From contig RFTJ01000004.1 in the NCBI GenBank assembly GCA_009923495.1, positions 15,899 through 79,898 on the forward strand: 64,000 bases of DNA, given 5' to 3'. This document shows, piece by piece, positions 38,485 to 50,251 of this stretch (positions are counted from its first letter, which is position 1; the number at the start of each line of letters is the position of its first letter). The translations under genes were made by a program, and so were the position numbers. Under the pieces are notes generated by a model. That model ran no database searches, had not been told where the DNA came from, and was given only the letters and a program-made list of their open reading frames with translations. The stretch comes from Actinomycetota bacterium (GTDB lineage Bacteria; Actinomycetota; Actinomycetes; S36-B12; UBA5976).

Positions 38485-41037
38485 TTACTCCGACTCAGAT
38501 GTTTCTTCAGTTACCTCTTGGGCATCCAAAACTTCAACATCGGTTGGTTCGTCAAGATTTAATTCCTCTAGTCGTGCCAATGTCTCTGCTGATGACCTAG
38601 CAACTGCGACTACCTGGTCCTCATCGGCGACTCTCATCAACGAAACGCCCATGGTGTCGCGACCAGCTGCGCGAATTTCATCAACACGAGTGCGAATCAC
38701 AATGCCATTTGAAGCAATCGCAAATAATTCATCATCGCCTTTACAAACAAGTGCGCCAGCGAGCCCGCCCCTGCGTTCGACTAAACGCATTGCCCGAACG
38801 CCTTGATTTCCGCGTCCCATAGAGCGCCACTCAGACAACTCGGTGCGCTTTGCCCAACCTCCATCAGTGACAGTAACGAGGAAGTCTTCAGCATTCGCAA
38901 CTTCGAGAGACAACAGGAAGTCGTCTTCAGACTTGAACCGAATTCCTATTACACCAGTTGCACTACGACCCATCGGACGCAAAATTTCGTCAGATGCATG
39001 GAAGCGGACCGAGTAACCAAGTTTGGAAACTAAAATGACATGATCCTGCGCGCTTACCAACTGAGCACTAACGAGTGTGTCCTCGTCTTTTAGGTTGATC
39101 GCAATCAATCCAGTACTACGCGGTGAATCGTATTCGGTTAGTTTTGTCTTCTTCACAATTCCACCACGAGTTGCCAAGACCAAATACGGAGCTTGTTCGT
39201 AACTCTTCAGATCTAATACCTGGGCGATCTCTTCATCTGGTGCTAACTGTAAGAGGTTGGCTACATGCTGGCCACGAGCATCGCGACCAGCTTCGGTCAA
39301 TTCATAAGCTTTAACCCGGAAAACTCGACCCCGGTTAGTGAAGAACAAAATCCAGTTATGTGTCGTGGTGACAAAGAAATGGGCAACCACATCGTCTTGC
39401 TTAAGAGCCGCTCCCTTCACGCCTCGACCCCCACGGCGCTGTGCCCGATAGAGTGCCGCCTTAGTTCGCTTTACATAACCGTCTGCGGTAATAGTGACGA
39501 CGACTGGCTCATTTACAATCAGATCTTCGTTAGTTACTTCATTTTCGTCCGCAACAATCTGCGAGCGGCGCTCATCACCAAACTTCGCCACTATTTCGGC
39601 TAACTCTTCACTGACAATCGTGCGCTGGCGGATAATGCTACCCAAGATGTCTTGATAGTCGGCAATTTCAGCCATCAACTTGTCATGCTGGTTCTGCAGT
39701 TCGCTTGCTTCTAGTGCTGCAAGCTTACGTAGTTGCATATCCAAAATTGCTTGTGCCTGAACTTCGTCAATCTCAAGTAGATCTTGTAGGCCTTGTTGAG
39801 CAACGGCTGCCGATGCTGAACCACGGATTAATGCAATCACTTCATCGATTCGGGATATAGCTTTGAGTAAGCCAATCAAGATGTGGACGCGCTCCTGCGC
39901 AATGCGAAGTCGGTAGGCAGTGCGTCGCTGGATAACTTCAATCTGATGCGCAATCCAGTTCGTGACAAACGCATCGACAGTGAGTGTGCGCGGCACGCCA
40001 TCAACAAGCGCCAGCATGTTTGCGCCGAAATTGTCCTGTAGTTGAGTGTGTTTGAACAGGTTGTTTAAAACAACTTTTGCGACTGCATCGCGCTTGAGAA
40101 CAATGACGATGCGCATTCCAGTGCGCGAACTTGTTTCATCGATGATGTCTGCGATGCCAGAAATCTTTCCTTGATCGTGCAGTTCAGCAATGCGTGAAAT
40201 TAAGTTGTCCGGATTTACCTGGTAGGGCAATTCGGTGACAACTATGACAGTGCGCCCGCGTTTATCCTCGGTGATCTCTGTGACAGCGCGCATGGTGATG
40301 GACCCACGACCAGTGCGCTGGGCATCTTGTATCCCTCGTCTGCCAACAATTAATGCGCCGGTTGGAAAATCTGGTCCGCTAATTCGCTCCATGAGTGCTT
40401 CGAGTAACTCTTCGCGACTTGCCTCGGGATTTTCTAAAGCCCACTGCACGCCAGCGGCTACCTCGCGCAAATTATGCGGTGGGATGTTGGTTGCCATTCC
40501 CACGGCAATACCCGAAGATCCGTTAACCAACAGGTTTGGGAAGCGAGAGGGCAGTACAGTCGGTTCAAGATTTTTGCCATCATAGTTTGGAGTGAAGTCG
40601 ACGGTGTCTTGATCGATGTCGCGTACCATCTCCATCGCAATTGGCGCCAAGCGGGCCTCAGTGTAACGAGCAGCAGCTGGCGAGTCGTTTCCTGGCGAGC
40701 CAAAGTTTCCCTGACCTTGCGCAAGTGGATAACGAAGCGACCAACTTTGGGTTAGACGAACCAAAGTATCGTAGATGGCACTGTCACCATGCGGGTGATA
40801 CTGGCCCATCACTTCACCAACTACACGAGCGCTCTTATTAAATGCTCGGTCTGGTCGGTATCCGCCGTCATACATTGCATAAATAACTCGACGATGTACT
40901 GGCTTTAACCCATCGCGAACATCCGGTAGCGCGCGTGAGACGATAACACTCATCGCATAGTCAAGATAGGACCGCTGCATTTCTACATGCAGGTCGACTA
41001 TTTCAATCTGGTCGTTGGTTTCTGAAATTTCAGTCAT
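38485..41037 (-). CDS. gyrA: DNA gyrase subunit A
   Basis: [22 protein letters not shown], GyrA-box QRRGGRG. Confidence 0.98.
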   Translation of the reverse strand: MTEISETNDQIEIVDLHVEMQRSYLDYAMSVIVSRALPDVRDGLKPVHRRVIYAMYDGGYRPDRAFNKSARVVGEVMGQYHPHGDSAIYDTLVRLTQSWSLRYPLAQGQGNFGSPGNDSPAAARYTEARLAPIAMEMVRDIDQDTVDFTPNYDGKNLEPTVLPSRFPNLLVNGSSGIAVGMATNIPPHNLREVAAGVQWALENPEASREELLEALMERISGPDFPTGALIVGRRGIQDAQRTGRGSITMRAVTEITEDKRGRTVIVVTELPYQVNPDNLISRIAELHDQGKISGIADIIDETSSRTGMRIVIVLKRDAVAKVVLNNLFKHTQLQDNFGANMLALVDGVPRTLTVDAFVTNWIAHQIEVIQRRTAYRLRIAQERVHILIGLLKAISRIDEVIALIRGSASAAVAQQGLQDLLEIDEVQAQAILDMQLRKLAALEASELQNQHDKLMAEIADYQDILGSIIRQRTIVSEELAEIVAKFGDERRSQIVADENEVTNEDLIVNEPVVVTITADGYVKRTKAALYRAQRRGGRGVKGAALKQDDVVAHFFVTTTHNWILFFTNRGRVFRVKAYELTEAGRDARGQHVANLLQLAPDEEIAQVLDLKSYEQAPYLVLATRGGIVKKTKLTEYDSPRSTGLIAINLKDEDTLVSAQLVSAQDHVILVSKLGYSVRFHASDEILRPMGRSATGVIGIRFKSEDDFLLSLEVANAEDFLVTVTDGGWAKRTELSEWRSMGRGNQGVRAMRLVERRGGLAGALVCKGDDELFAIASNGIVIRTRVDEIRAAGRDTMGVSLMRVADEDQVVAVARSSAETLARLEELNLDEPTDVEVLDAQEVTEETSESE

Positions 41038-43004
41038 TAAATATCCAAGAAGCGTACGTCGCGAGCATTGCGCTGGATGAAAGTGCGGCGACTTTCGACA
41101 TCTTCACCCATAAGTGTTGAAAAGAGCTGGTCTGCTTGCGCAGCATCATCAACCGAGACTTGCAGTAGGACTCTACGTTGTGGATCCATGGTCGTTTCCC
41201 AAAGTTCTTCTGCGTTCATTTCGCCAAGACCCTTGTAGCGCTGAATGTCTTCATTACGAAGTTTCTTGCCAGCAGCTAGTCCAGCTTCAACAACTTCGTC
41301 GCGCTGACGATCACTGTAAGCATAAGCAGGCGCTTCCCGAGACCATTTAATTTTGTACAGCGGTGGTTGCGCTAGGTAAACAAAACCACCATCAACTAGC
41401 GGTTTCATGTAGCGGAACAAAAAAGTTAGTAGCAAGGTGCGGATGTGCTGTCCATCGACATCAGCATCAGCCATCAAAACTACTTTGTGATAACGCAACT
41501 TATTTATGTCGAATTCGTCCTGAATTCCAGTACCAAACGCTGAAATTAGCGACTGAACTTCGGTGTTTGCCAACACTTTATCGAGTCGGGTTTTTTCAAC
41601 ATTCAAAATCTTTCCGCGAATTGGCAAGATAGCTTGGGTACGTGGATCACGTCCTTGACCCGCAGAGCCACCGGCTGAGTCCCCTTCAACAATGAACACT
41701 TCACACTCGCCAGGCTCAGTGCTAGAACAGTCCTTAAGTTTGCCCGGCAGTCCGCTGCCGCCAAGTAGGCCTTTTCGGTTGCGAGCTAAATCACGGGCTT
41801 TGCGTGCTGCTAGTCGAGCAGTTGCTGCCTGCACTGACTTGCGGGCGATCTCTTTACCGTCGCTTGGATTTTTCTCAAACCATTCGCTCAGTTGCTCATT
41901 TACAACTTTCTGAATAAAAGCTTTGGCTTCAGTATTCCCAAGTTTTGTTTTAGTTTGCCCCTCAAACTGTGGCTCACGCAGTTTAATGGAAACTATTGCC
42001 GTTAAGCCTTCGCGCACATCTTCACCTGAAAGGTTCGAATCTTTCTCTTTCAAGATATTCCAGTCGCGGGCAAATTTATTAACTAGCGAAGTTAATGCCG
42101 CACGGAATCCTTCTTCGTGCGTGCCACCTTCAATTGTGTTAATCGTGTTAGCAAATGTGTAAACCGATTCGGTGTAACCATTACTCCACTGCATCGCGAT
42201 TTCAGCACTAAGGCCGCGATCATCATCTTCGGTAGCAAACTCTATGACTTCATGATGGATTGGCGCTTTTGTGGTATTTAGATGTCGAACAAAGTCTGCG
42301 ATGCCGCCTTCATAAAAATAAGTTATGGTTCGGTTTCCACGCTCAATTACTTCTTCGCCTTTTTCGTCGGTGCCTAGAAAGGTAGCCACTCGTTCGTCAG
42401 TTAGCGTTAAAGTAAGCCCGCGATTTAAAAATGCCATCTCTTGGAAACGTCGAGCTAAAGTATCAAAGTCATAGTGGGTTGTCTCAAAAATGTCGGCATC
42501 TGCCCAAAATGTAACAGTTGTTCCGGTTTGATCGGTTTTACCGCCTTTGGCTAAGTCGGCGCGCGGTACGCCATGGTCATAAGACTGCGTCCAAATTGCA
42601 CCCTCGCGCTTTACTTCTACATCGACATGCGTTGATAGCGCGTTCACTACCGAGACACCTACGCCGTGCAAGCCGCCCGAAACTGCGTACCCGCCGCCGC
42701 CAAATTTTCCTCCTGCGTGCAAAACCGTAAGCACAACTTCAACAGCCGGTTTTCCTTCTGATGGAACAATGTCCACAGGAATTCCTCGGCCGTTATCCCG
42801 CACCCGCACTGCGCCATCAGCCAAAATCGTCACGTCTATGTGAGTGCAATGTCCTGCTAATGCTTCATCAACTGAGTTATCGACTACCTCGTAAACCAAG
42901 TGATGGAGTCCTCGTTCACCGGTAGAACCGATGTACATTCCAGGGCGTTTACGAACAGCATCCAGGCCTTCTAAGACCTGGATGGCACTGGCGTCATAAG
43001 ACAC
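41037..43004 (-). CDS. gyrB: DNA gyrase subunit B
   Basis: [43 protein letters not shown]. Confidence 0.98.
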   Translation of the reverse strand: MSYDASAIQVLEGLDAVRKRPGMYIGSTGERGLHHLVYEVVDNSVDEALAGHCTHIDVTILADGAVRVRDNGRGIPVDIVPSEGKPAVEVVLTVLHAGGKFGGGGYAVSGGLHGVGVSVVNALSTHVDVEVKREGAIWTQSYDHGVPRADLAKGGKTDQTGTTVTFWADADIFETTHYDFDTLARRFQEMAFLNRGLTLTLTDERVATFLGTDEKGEEVIERGNRTITYFYEGGIADFVRHLNTTKAPIHHEVIEFATEDDDRGLSAEIAMQWSNGYTESVYTFANTINTIEGGTHEEGFRAALTSLVNKFARDWNILKEKDSNLSGEDVREGLTAIVSIKLREPQFEGQTKTKLGNTEAKAFIQKVVNEQLSEWFEKNPSDGKEIARKSVQAATARLAARKARDLARNRKGLLGGSGLPGKLKDCSSTEPGECEVFIVEGDSAGGSAGQGRDPRTQAILPIRGKILNVEKTRLDKVLANTEVQSLISAFGTGIQDEFDINKLRYHKVVLMADADVDGQHIRTLLLTFLFRYMKPLVDGGFVYLAQPPLYKIKWSREAPAYAYSDRQRDEVVEAGLAAGKKLRNEDIQRYKGLGEMNAEELWETTMDPQRRVLLQVSVDDAAQADQLFSTLMGEDVESRRTFIQRNARDVRFLDI

Positions 43005-43124
43005 TAGTTAGCCTTCCAGTTAGTGGGATAAAACCCCCGATATTCAGCAGAAAATAGGGCCACTGGATGTCGGGTTTGAGTACCTTAATCCTATCGGTTT
43101 TCTGGTCAATTTTTGTTGAAAAAA

Positions 43125-43634
43125 CTACCCATATGTGTCACGTGGACCGCGACCCGAAACGCTGCGCAAGCCATGCTTCCAAGACGGCGCTGTCGGACCT
43201 AAAACTTTGATCTCAGTGATTGTTCCGCTACCAAATTCTGCATCAATCTTTTCTTCGATTGTTGAAAGCATCAGTCGAATTTGAGTCGCCCAAGCAGTTG
43301 ATTCTGCGCGTAGGACTAGCACTCCTGAGCTCCCACTTGAAGCTAAATCTAAAGTTTCAATTTGAACATGATTAGCAATGTCATCCCCAACAAGTGCTGG
43401 CCATAGTGTTTTCACTTTTCCAGCGACGATGTTTAGATCCCAGCCTCTAGTCACAATCAGGTGGTCGATCAACATCGCTAATGTTGCTGGGTCGCGCACA
43501 TCTGGACCGGGGCCACTTCGTTGGTCGGCTGCTACTCGGTTCGTTGTGTTGCTTGAACGCGGTTGAATGCCTCGGCGAAGTCGAGCTCGACTAAGAACTG
43601 ATTTAAGAAACTCTTGCTGGCTACTGGTCAGCAT
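43125..43634 (-). CDS. dciA: DUF721 / DciA helicase-loading factor
   Basis: SGPGPDVRDP, W..LVG..IA.H, STAWATQIR, GRGPRDTYG. Confidence 0.9.
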   Translation of the reverse strand: MLTSSQQEFLKSVLSRARLRRGIQPRSSNTTNRVAADQRSGPGPDVRDPATLAMLIDHLIVTRGWDLNIVAGKVKTLWPALVGDDIANHVQIETLDLASSGSSGVLVLRAESTAWATQIRLMLSTIEEKIDAEFGSGTITEIKVLGPTAPSWKHGLRSVSGRGPRDTYG

Positions 43635-44739
43635 GAGTCAACTCATCTGGTAGCCAATAATTAGTGGATTTAAGTTCATCTGGGATGTCTTTGGTGTCTG
43701 CAACAGTGATTAGAGTTTGTTCAACAGCAGAAATTACCGAAATTAATCTTGATCGGCGACGGGCATCTAACTCAGCGAAGACATCGTCGAGAATTAAAAT
43801 CGGATCAGACTCAAATTCTCTAAGCACTGCAAATGTTGCTAGCCGAAGGGCAATCGCCACTGACCAAGATTGGCCATGTGACGCAAAATTGCGAACCGGT
43901 GCACTGTTTAATTCAAGTAACAAATCGTCTCGATGTGGTCCTGACAATGTTTGGCCGCGAGATATTTCTTCTTTAATTCTAGATTCTAGGGCTGTTTGAA
44001 GTTGGTTTGATATCTCCGTTAAGTCCCTGGCATTTTTGGTCAGCCAGCTCGCTTGATAGCTTGCTTGAATGGGTTCGGTCGCGCCACTTATTACATTTCC
44101 AAATTCAGTTAAGTGCGGAACTAATTTTTCTATTGCGTTGAGACGATTAAAGACAAGCTCTGCGCCAAATTTGATTAGTTGCTCATCCCAAGCACTAAGT
44201 GTTGCTTTTGCGGTTTCGCCTAATGGCCGACCGGCAGCCGACTTAAGTAGGCTGTTTCGCTGTTTTAACGCTTTTTCATAATCATGTTTTACTTCAACAA
44301 GCCTCGGGGTCTGCAAAATTAGGAACTCGTCAAGGAAATTTCTTCGCGAAGCTGGCTCATTTTTTACTAGATTTAAATCTTCGGGTGAAAAAATTACGGT
44401 TTGAATTATCCCTGCAACATCTTTTGGTTTTCGTGTTTGCGAGCCGTTAACTTCAAAGGTGTTTGGCTTCTCACGGTTAATTGTGACGGTAACTTTTGCT
44501 TGTCGGTTTTGTTTTTGTGCACAGAGTTCTATGAAGGCGCTATCGCAGTTATGTTTAATTAGTGGACCATCTTGATTCACTCGATGGCTTTGCAGTGTCG
44601 AAGTGTAATGAATTGCTTCGATCACATTTGTTTTTCCAAGGCCATTTCGGCCGATGATTGCCGTGCTTCCTGGTGTTAGTTCTAAGCGAAATAACTCGTG
44701 GTTTCGAAAATTAACCAGTCCGATTGAATTTATTCTCAT
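43621..44739 (-). CDS. recF: DNA replication/repair protein RecF
   Basis: NFRN, GRNGLGKTN, GPHRDDL, ASHGQ, LDDVFAELD. Confidence 0.97.
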   Translation of the reverse strand: MRINSIGLVNFRNHELFRLELTPGSTAIIGRNGLGKTNVIEAIHYTSTLQSHRVNQDGPLIKHNCDSAFIELCAQKQNRQAKVTVTINREKPNTFEVNGSQTRKPKDVAGIIQTVIFSPEDLNLVKNEPASRRNFLDEFLILQTPRLVEVKHDYEKALKQRNSLLKSAAGRPLGETAKATLSAWDEQLIKFGAELVFNRLNAIEKLVPHLTEFGNVISGATEPIQASYQASWLTKNARDLTEISNQLQTALESRIKEEISRGQTLSGPHRDDLLLELNSAPVRNFASHGQSWSVAIALRLATFAVLREFESDPILILDDVFAELDARRRSRLISVISAVEQTLITVADTKDIPDELKSTNYWLPDELTHADQ

Positions 44740-45866
44740 TAGTCGAGTCGGCGAGGCAGTAACAAATATTTATGTGCATCTTTGGCCGGGCCATTTATTT
44801 CAGATAATCCGGTTAGGAGTGCTGGTTTCATTGGTTCCTTCAATTCAATTTGTGTGAACGGCTCATTGATTGAAGTTAGACCTTCGATTAAAAAGTGTGG
44901 GTAGAAACCAAGAGTAAGTGGCTCCCCAACTAGAGAGCTTTCAAGATACTCACGGGCCTCTGATCTTTCACCAACTCCACCAGCCCCGAATACACAAGTT
45001 TCTCCATCGGAAAAACTCAAGGCGATTGGCGAATTGTTGTCTAGTACGAGCGAGACACGCTTCACGGTTTCAATAAGTTTTGCCGTGTCTATCTGAACTG
45101 TCGAGGTTGTTTCGAATTCCAATAACGATTTATAGGTGGGGAAAGATGTGGCTATAGTTCGGCTAATTGTTTGTCGGTAACCGGCGGTGATTCCGATTAA
45201 GCCCTCGTTTCCCTGGGAAAACGAGAGTGTTATTTCTTCGGTTCCTGAAATAGATTTTGCTACATCAACGATATATTTTGCTGGCACTAATGCTGTAGTA
45301 GAAATTTTGGTTGATATTGGTGACCAGTTTAATTTTGCAACAGCTAGTCGGTTACCATCTGTGGCTGCGAGCTCCATGTTGTCGCCTTCGATGATGAAGT
45401 TTATTCCTGTTAGATGTTGTCTAAAGTCATCCCGAGCTGCCGCAACACCAATTTGTGAAATAAGTGTGGTGAATTCTTTTGAGTTTACAGTTCCTGAGGG
45501 TTCTGGAATTTCTAGTGCTGGTGGATATTCTGCGGTTGGCATGGTTTGTAAAGTAAATGATGATCTACCACTTGTGATTTCCACCCTGGTTCCTGTTGCA
45601 ACAAAGTCAATAGGTGCGGCAGGTAGCGCTCGCATGATGTCAGATAGGAGCCGACCAGAAATTAGCACCTCGCCTGGTTCATAAACATTTGCATTAATTA
45701 CCTCTTGATTGCGTACATCCAAATCTGAACCTGAAATAGTTAATTTGTTATCTGAAGCAACAATGTGAATTCCGCGCAAAATTGGTTGCGTCGGCCGTTG
45801 AGGGATTACCCGCCCCACCCAAACAGCAGCTTCGGCGATTAAATCTCGATCGACTTGAAACTTCAC
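44739..45866 (-). CDS. dnaN: DNA polymerase III beta clamp
   Basis: AATDGNRLA, FPTY, YLLLPRR; position after oriC. Confidence 0.95.
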   Translation of the reverse strand: MKFQVDRDLIAEAAVWVGRVIPQRPTQPILRGIHIVASDNKLTISGSDLDVRNQEVINANVYEPGEVLISGRLLSDIMRALPAAPIDFVATGTRVEITSGRSSFTLQTMPTAEYPPALEIPEPSGTVNSKEFTTLISQIGVAAARDDFRQHLTGINFIIEGDNMELAATDGNRLAVAKLNWSPISTKISTTALVPAKYIVDVAKSISGTEEITLSFSQGNEGLIGITAGYRQTISRTIATSFPTYKSLLEFETTSTVQIDTAKLIETVKRVSLVLDNNSPIALSFSDGETCVFGAGGVGERSEAREYLESSLVGEPLTLGFYPHFLIEGLTSINEPFTQIELKEPMKPALLTGLSEINGPAKDAHKYLLLPRRLD

Positions 45867-46348
45867 AATAAATTCCTTAAAAGATCAATATGTTTTGGTA
45901 CTTAGTACTTTAGTGAGCCTCAATGTTGGCACACACACCAGACAAGTATCAATAAAACACAAAATTACAAGACAGATTTTGTTATCTACAGGTCAGTTGG
46001 TTGTCGGTCAGCAGATATATATCTTTTTCGTAGTTGTAGTAGCACCCGTGGAAAGTGTGGAAAAACGACATTTACTCAATAACCAAAAGTATTTTTAAGC
46101 GGTATAACCTTGTGGATAACCAACAGGCTTATCCACATTAACTCTAAAGCCAGAAGGTTATCCACAGTTATCCACAGGATTTTGTGGACGTCCCAAAGGT
46201 TGTTAGCAGGTTTCCTACAGAACGAAAACAACCAAAATTTAACACTAGCTTTTATCCACAAAGTTATCCACAATGTGCATATATGCAACTTCTGGTTCTT
46301 TATTGACATAATGTGCAAAATTACACATTTAACAATATTTACCTAAAT
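45867..46348. other. oriC (dnaA-dnaN intergenic)
   Basis: Perfect DnaA boxes at 46111-19 (reverse), 46129-37, 46158-66, 46168-76, 46252-60 and 46264-72; tandem boxes 46047-64, DnaA-trios 46031-42 and an AT-rich tract at about 46012-28. Confidence 0.95.
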
Positions 46349-47788
46349 CTAGCGCGGCTGAGCCTTAATCCGAGCTGTTAAGTCACTTACTTGGTTGTAG
46401 AGGCTGCGGCGTTCGGCAATAAGCTGGCGAACCTTACGATCTGCGTGCATAACTGTCGTGTGGTCGCGGCCACCAAACTGTTGACCAATTTTTGGCAGTG
46501 ATAAATCAGTAAGTTCACGGCACAAATACATAGCGATCTGGCGCGCGGTAACCAGTGTTCGTGACCGGCTAGCGCCAGTTAAATCCTCTAGTGTCACACC
46601 AAAATAATTTGCCGTCTGAGCCATAATTGAACTCGCTGAAATTTCTGGTCCACTTACATCGGTAATTAAATCTTTTAAAACAATCTCTGCCAGATTTAAA
46701 TCAACTGGTGCCCGGTTCAAGCTAGCAAATGCAGTTACTCGAATAAGTGCGCCTTCAAGTTCTCGAATGTTTGTTGACATTTTTGAAGCAATAAATTCCA
46801 AAACATCTTGAGGGGCACTCAATCTTTCTTGAGCGCATTTTTTCCGAAGGATCGCAATACGAGTTTCTAAGTCCGGTGGCTGTACATCAGTTGGTAACGC
46901 ACTAGCAAACCTAGAAACCATCCGATCCTCAAAACCCTGAAGTTGTTTTGGTGGCAAGTCCGATGTAACCACAATTTGCTTATTGGCATTAATCAATGTA
47001 TTCCAAGTGTGAAAAAACTCTTCCTGCGTCTGGACTTTTCCACTCAAAAACTGAATGTCATCAACAAGCAAAACATCAATATCACGGTACTTACGCTGAA
47101 ATTCTTTTGCCCGGTCATCGCGGATTGAGTTAATGAACTGGTTGGTGAACTCTTCACTACTTACGTATCGAACTTTTGATCCGGCATAAAGTGTTCGCGT
47201 GTAATGCCCAATTGCGTGTAGTAAATGCGTCTTGCCAAGACCAGACTCACCATAAATGAATAGTGGGTTATAAGCCTTACCTGGAGCTTCGGCGACGGCG
47301 CGAGCAGCAGCATGAGCAAATCGGTTTGAGGCACCCGGCACGAAAGTGTCAAAAGTATATTTCGGATTTAGTCGACTTCCTTCTTCATCGGTACGTGGTG
47401 CGGGTGCGGGTCCGCGTGAAGCTTGTGGCGGCAAAGCTGGATTTGGATCCGAAGTAAGTTCAGCGGTCTCAATGTCAGCATATGTTGAGTCAGCCAAATC
47501 GTCAGTTGCATCATCGTCTAGTTCCGGTGCAATTGATTCATCTACGGTTACCGCTAGTCGCACTTCACGACCCAAAGTTGCAGAAAGTGCATCACACACA
47601 ATTGGACTTAATCGACTCTCTAAGACATCTTTTGTAAATTCATTAGGTGCTGCGATCAACGCTGTGTCACCGACTAAGCCAAGGGGGCGAGTTAAGGTGA
47701 CAAATGCCCGTTGCTGGGCGGTCAACGCACCTTTAGAAAGTGACTCGAGTGTTTGAGCCCAAATATCAGTTAAATCAACACTTTCCAT
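46349..47788 (-). CDS. dnaA: Chromosomal replication initiator DnaA
   Basis: [40 protein letters not shown]; true start ATG 47788 after GAGGGG. Confidence 0.98.
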   Translation of the reverse strand: MESVDLTDIWAQTLESLSKGALTAQQRAFVTLTRPLGLVGDTALIAAPNEFTKDVLESRLSPIVCDALSATLGREVRLAVTVDESIAPELDDDATDDLADSTYADIETAELTSDPNPALPPQASRGPAPAPRTDEEGSRLNPKYTFDTFVPGASNRFAHAAARAVAEAPGKAYNPLFIYGESGLGKTHLLHAIGHYTRTLYAGSKVRYVSSEEFTNQFINSIRDDRAKEFQRKYRDIDVLLVDDIQFLSGKVQTQEEFFHTWNTLINANKQIVVTSDLPPKQLQGFEDRMVSRFASALPTDVQPPDLETRIAILRKKCAQERLSAPQDVLEFIASKMSTNIRELEGALIRVTAFASLNRAPVDLNLAEIVLKDLITDVSGPEISASSIMAQTANYFGVTLEDLTGASRSRTLVTARQIAMYLCRELTDLSLPKIGQQFGGRDHTTVMHADRKVRQLIAERRSLYNQVSDLTARIKAQPR

Positions 47789-47803
47789 AGATTTCCCCTC
47801 ACA

Positions 47804-47868
47804 ATATCCACAGGCTAGAAGTAGCAGACTACGACCTGTGGATAAATTTGACAAGCGGCTGTGCAAAA
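47804..47868. promoter_or_regulatory. DnaA boxes in the dnaA/rpmH divergent promoter
   Basis: ATATCCACA 47804-12, TGTGGATAA 47837-45, TGTGCAAAA 47860-68. Confidence 0.75.
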
Positions 47869-47972
47869 AATTTAAATGCTTAGGTTTTAAGTGGCAAACA
47901 ACCCAGTTTGACCAGCAGAGACAGACCGCGTATCTTTGTGATGTTAATTGACTTCCCGAAAGAGCTGCAGAA

Positions 47973-48110
47973 ATGTCAAAGCGTACCTTCCAGCCGAATA
48001 ACCGTCGCCGGGCCAAGACTCACGGCTTCCGTGAGCGCATGAGCACCCGCGCTGGCCGTGGCATTCTTTCTGCCCGCCGGGCAAAGGGTCGCGCCCGCAT
48101 TTCAGCGTAA
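47973..48110 (+). CDS. rpmH: 50S ribosomal protein L34
   Basis: Manual translation [45 protein letters not shown]. Confidence 0.98.
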   Translation: MSKRTFQPNNRRRAKTHGFRERMSTRAGRGILSARRAKGRARISA

Positions 48111-48116
48111 ACTGCA

Positions 48117-48446
48117 ATGCTTCCTGCCGCCCTGCGGCTTGGCAAATCGCCTAAAATCGCCGAAACTTTAAAATCGGGTCGCCGTTATGCCAGTAAATAT
48201 TTCGTTCTTCACGTAGTTAGAACCGAAGATCAATGTGCCACCTTTGCTTTTGCCGTCAGTCGAAAAGTTGGAAATTCTGTTGTTAGGCATCGAATAACTC
48301 GGCAATTACGCCAAATTGTTACGCAAAACCTGGAAAAAGTACCCGCTGGTAGTCGAATTGTGGTGCGCGCCTTACCGGAAGTGGTAGATGCACAATTTAC
48401 AGATTTGAATCGGGCGTTCACTGAGACAATTAGCAAAGTTCACTAA
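48117..48446 (+). CDS. rnpA: RNase P protein component
   Basis: [21 protein letters not shown]; follows rpmH. Confidence 0.95.
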   Translation: MLPAALRLGKSPKIAETLKSGRRYASKYFVLHVVRTEDQCATFAFAVSRKVGNSVVRHRITRQLRQIVTQNLEKVPAGSRIVVRALPEVVDAQFTDLNRAFTETISKVH

Positions 48447-48459
48447 TAGGTTTATTTCA

Positions 48460-48780
48460 ATGATCAAAGCACTATGGCAAACCACGTTTGGGCGAGTTTT
48501 CAAATTCGTAGTTATCTTGCCAATCCGCGGTTATCAGAAATTTATTAGCCCTATGTTTGGTCCCACTTGCCGTTACTATCCTTCGTGTTCCACTTACGCC
48601 ATACAGGCGGTTACTACACACGGAGCAATCAAAGGTATTCTGTTAGCCGCGGGGAGATTACTTCGGTGCCATCCCTGGGCGGCCGGTGGTGTTGACCCAG
48701 TTCCAGAAAAAGGAACTTGGAGAAGCTCAAAAGTAATTGAAATTTCAACTAATAATGATAGGCAGGTAAGTCAAGGATGA
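48460..48780 (+). CDS. yidD: Membrane protein insertion efficiency factor
   Basis: [25 protein letters not shown]. Confidence 0.96.
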   Translation: MIKALWQTTFGRVFKFVVILPIRGYQKFISPMFGPTCRYYPSCSTYAIQAVTTHGAIKGILLAAGRLLRCHPWAAGGVDPVPEKGTWRSSKVIEISTNNDRQVSQG

Positions 48781-49685
48781 ATCCGATTAATTGGCTGGAA
48801 ACCATAGTCGCGAGTATTTTGACGTTCTTCCATCGCATCCTGTCAATAATCTTCTTGCCATCAAGCGGATGGGCTTGGGGCTTATCCATAGTTGGCCTAG
48901 TGGTTTTAATTCGAATCTTGCTAATTCCACTTTTCGTTAAGCAAATCAAGAGTCAGCGCAACATGCAGCTAATTCAGCCAAAAGTCAAAGAGATTCAGAA
49001 AAAGTATGCCGGCGACCGGGAGCGAACTTCCCAGGAACTAATGAAGCTCTACAAGGAAACTGGCACCAATCCACTTTCAAGTTGCTTGCCGATTTTGGCT
49101 CAAGCACCAATTTTCTTTGCCCTGTTCCAAGTTTTGCAGGGGATCGCACAATCCCATCCAAAAGGCGGAATGTCCAGTGAATTAGTGGACTCGGCACATA
49201 ATGCAACCATCTTCGGCGCTCCGCTTTATGCGACCTTTACTCATCGAGGTACTACTGCGAGCCCAGCTGCGACAGCTTGGGTCACCGTCATTTTAATCAT
49301 CTTGATGACTGCCACTACCTTTCTAACCCAGCGTCAATTAATTGTTAAGAACTCAGCCCCAGATAACCCAATGGTGCAGCAGCAGAAAATTTTGCTCTAT
49401 GTTTTCCCATTTATTTTTGCCATCTCAGGCATCAACTTTCCGGTTGGTGTGCTGCTTTACTGGCTGACAACAAACATCTGGACGATGGGCCAGCAGTTCT
49501 ATGTCATTCGTAATAGTCCGCAACCGGGAACTCCCGCTGAAGCGGCACTCAAAGCACGAAAAGATGCCAAGGCTGCTAAAAAATCGGGACCAATCACCGA
49601 CTCTGAAAGCTCGCCCACCCCGGATACAGAATCAAAGACTCAACGCAACCAACCAACCCGAAAGTCTCGCAAGAAGAAAAACTAG
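48777..49685 (+). CDS. yidC: Membrane protein insertase YidC
   Basis: [26 protein letters not shown]. Confidence 0.96.
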   Translation: MNPINWLETIVASILTFFHRILSIIFLPSSGWAWGLSIVGLVVLIRILLIPLFVKQIKSQRNMQLIQPKVKEIQKKYAGDRERTSQELMKLYKETGTNPLSSCLPILAQAPIFFALFQVLQGIAQSHPKGGMSSELVDSAHNATIFGAPLYATFTHRGTTASPAATAWVTVILIILMTATTFLTQRQLIVKNSAPDNPMVQQQKILLYVFPFIFAISGINFPVGVLLYWLTTNIWTMGQQFYVIRNSPQPGTPAEAALKARKDAKAAKKSGPITDSESSPTPDTESKTQRNQPTRKSRKKKN

Positions 49686-49699
49686 GTTTCACGTGAAAC
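49686..49699. other. parS site 1
   Basis: GTTTCACGTGAAAC palindrome. Confidence 0.93.
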
Positions 49700-49732
49700 G
49701 GTCAACCTCCGTTTCTCATAGAAAGGGACAAC

Positions 49733-50200
49733 ATGTCTGAAAAATCTGAATTACTAGAACAAGAGGGCGATATCGCCGCCGATTATCTGGAAGGCATCTT
49801 GGATATCGCCGATCTTGATGGCGACATCGACATGGATGTACAAAACGGTCGAGCGATGGTCAGTATTGTTGGCGCTGAATTAACTCAGCTAGTGGGCGAT
49901 AAAGGTAAAGTTCTAGACGCACTTCAGGAGCTCACCCGCCTTGCAGTGACTCGAGAAACTGGTGAGCGTTCTAGATTAATGCTCGACATCTCAGGCCATC
50001 GAGAGAAAGTACGAGCTGAGTTAACGATTCTCGGCCAAGAGACCGCTGCCAAAGTCTTAGAATCAGGCGAGCCAATTAAGTTGCGTGTAATGACGTCTTT
50101 TGAACGCAAAATTGTCCATGATGCGGTTGCCGAGGCTGGCGCGAAGAGCGTTTCCGAGGGCGAAACCCCTAATCGCCGAATTGTCGTTCACCCTGCCTAG
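49733..50200 (+). CDS. jag: Jag/KhpB-type KH + R3H RNA-binding protein
   Basis: EGDIAADYLE, LDALQELTR, FERKIVHD, SEGE. Confidence 0.9.
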   Translation: MSEKSELLEQEGDIAADYLEGILDIADLDGDIDMDVQNGRAMVSIVGAELTQLVGDKGKVLDALQELTRLAVTRETGERSRLMLDISGHREKVRAELTILGQETAAKVLESGEPIKLRVMTSFERKIVHDAVAEAGAKSVSEGETPNRRIVVHPA

Positions 50201-50251
50201 TTGCCTAGCTAATCCACGAAAGCAAAATGGACTAGTTTTTCAAAGTGGTGG

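Noticed and set aside
34714-43004. Inteins in DnaB, GyrA or GyrB
   Set aside because: Lengths are normal and the motifs are contiguous
46076-46346. Short ORFs in oriC (LWIT/IHK repeats)
   Set aside because: Translations of DnaA boxes
47789-48016. 76-aa N-terminal extension of DnaA in the ORF track
   Set aside because: Overlaps rpmH and the promoter DnaA boxes; ATG 47788 has an RBS and gives a normal domain I
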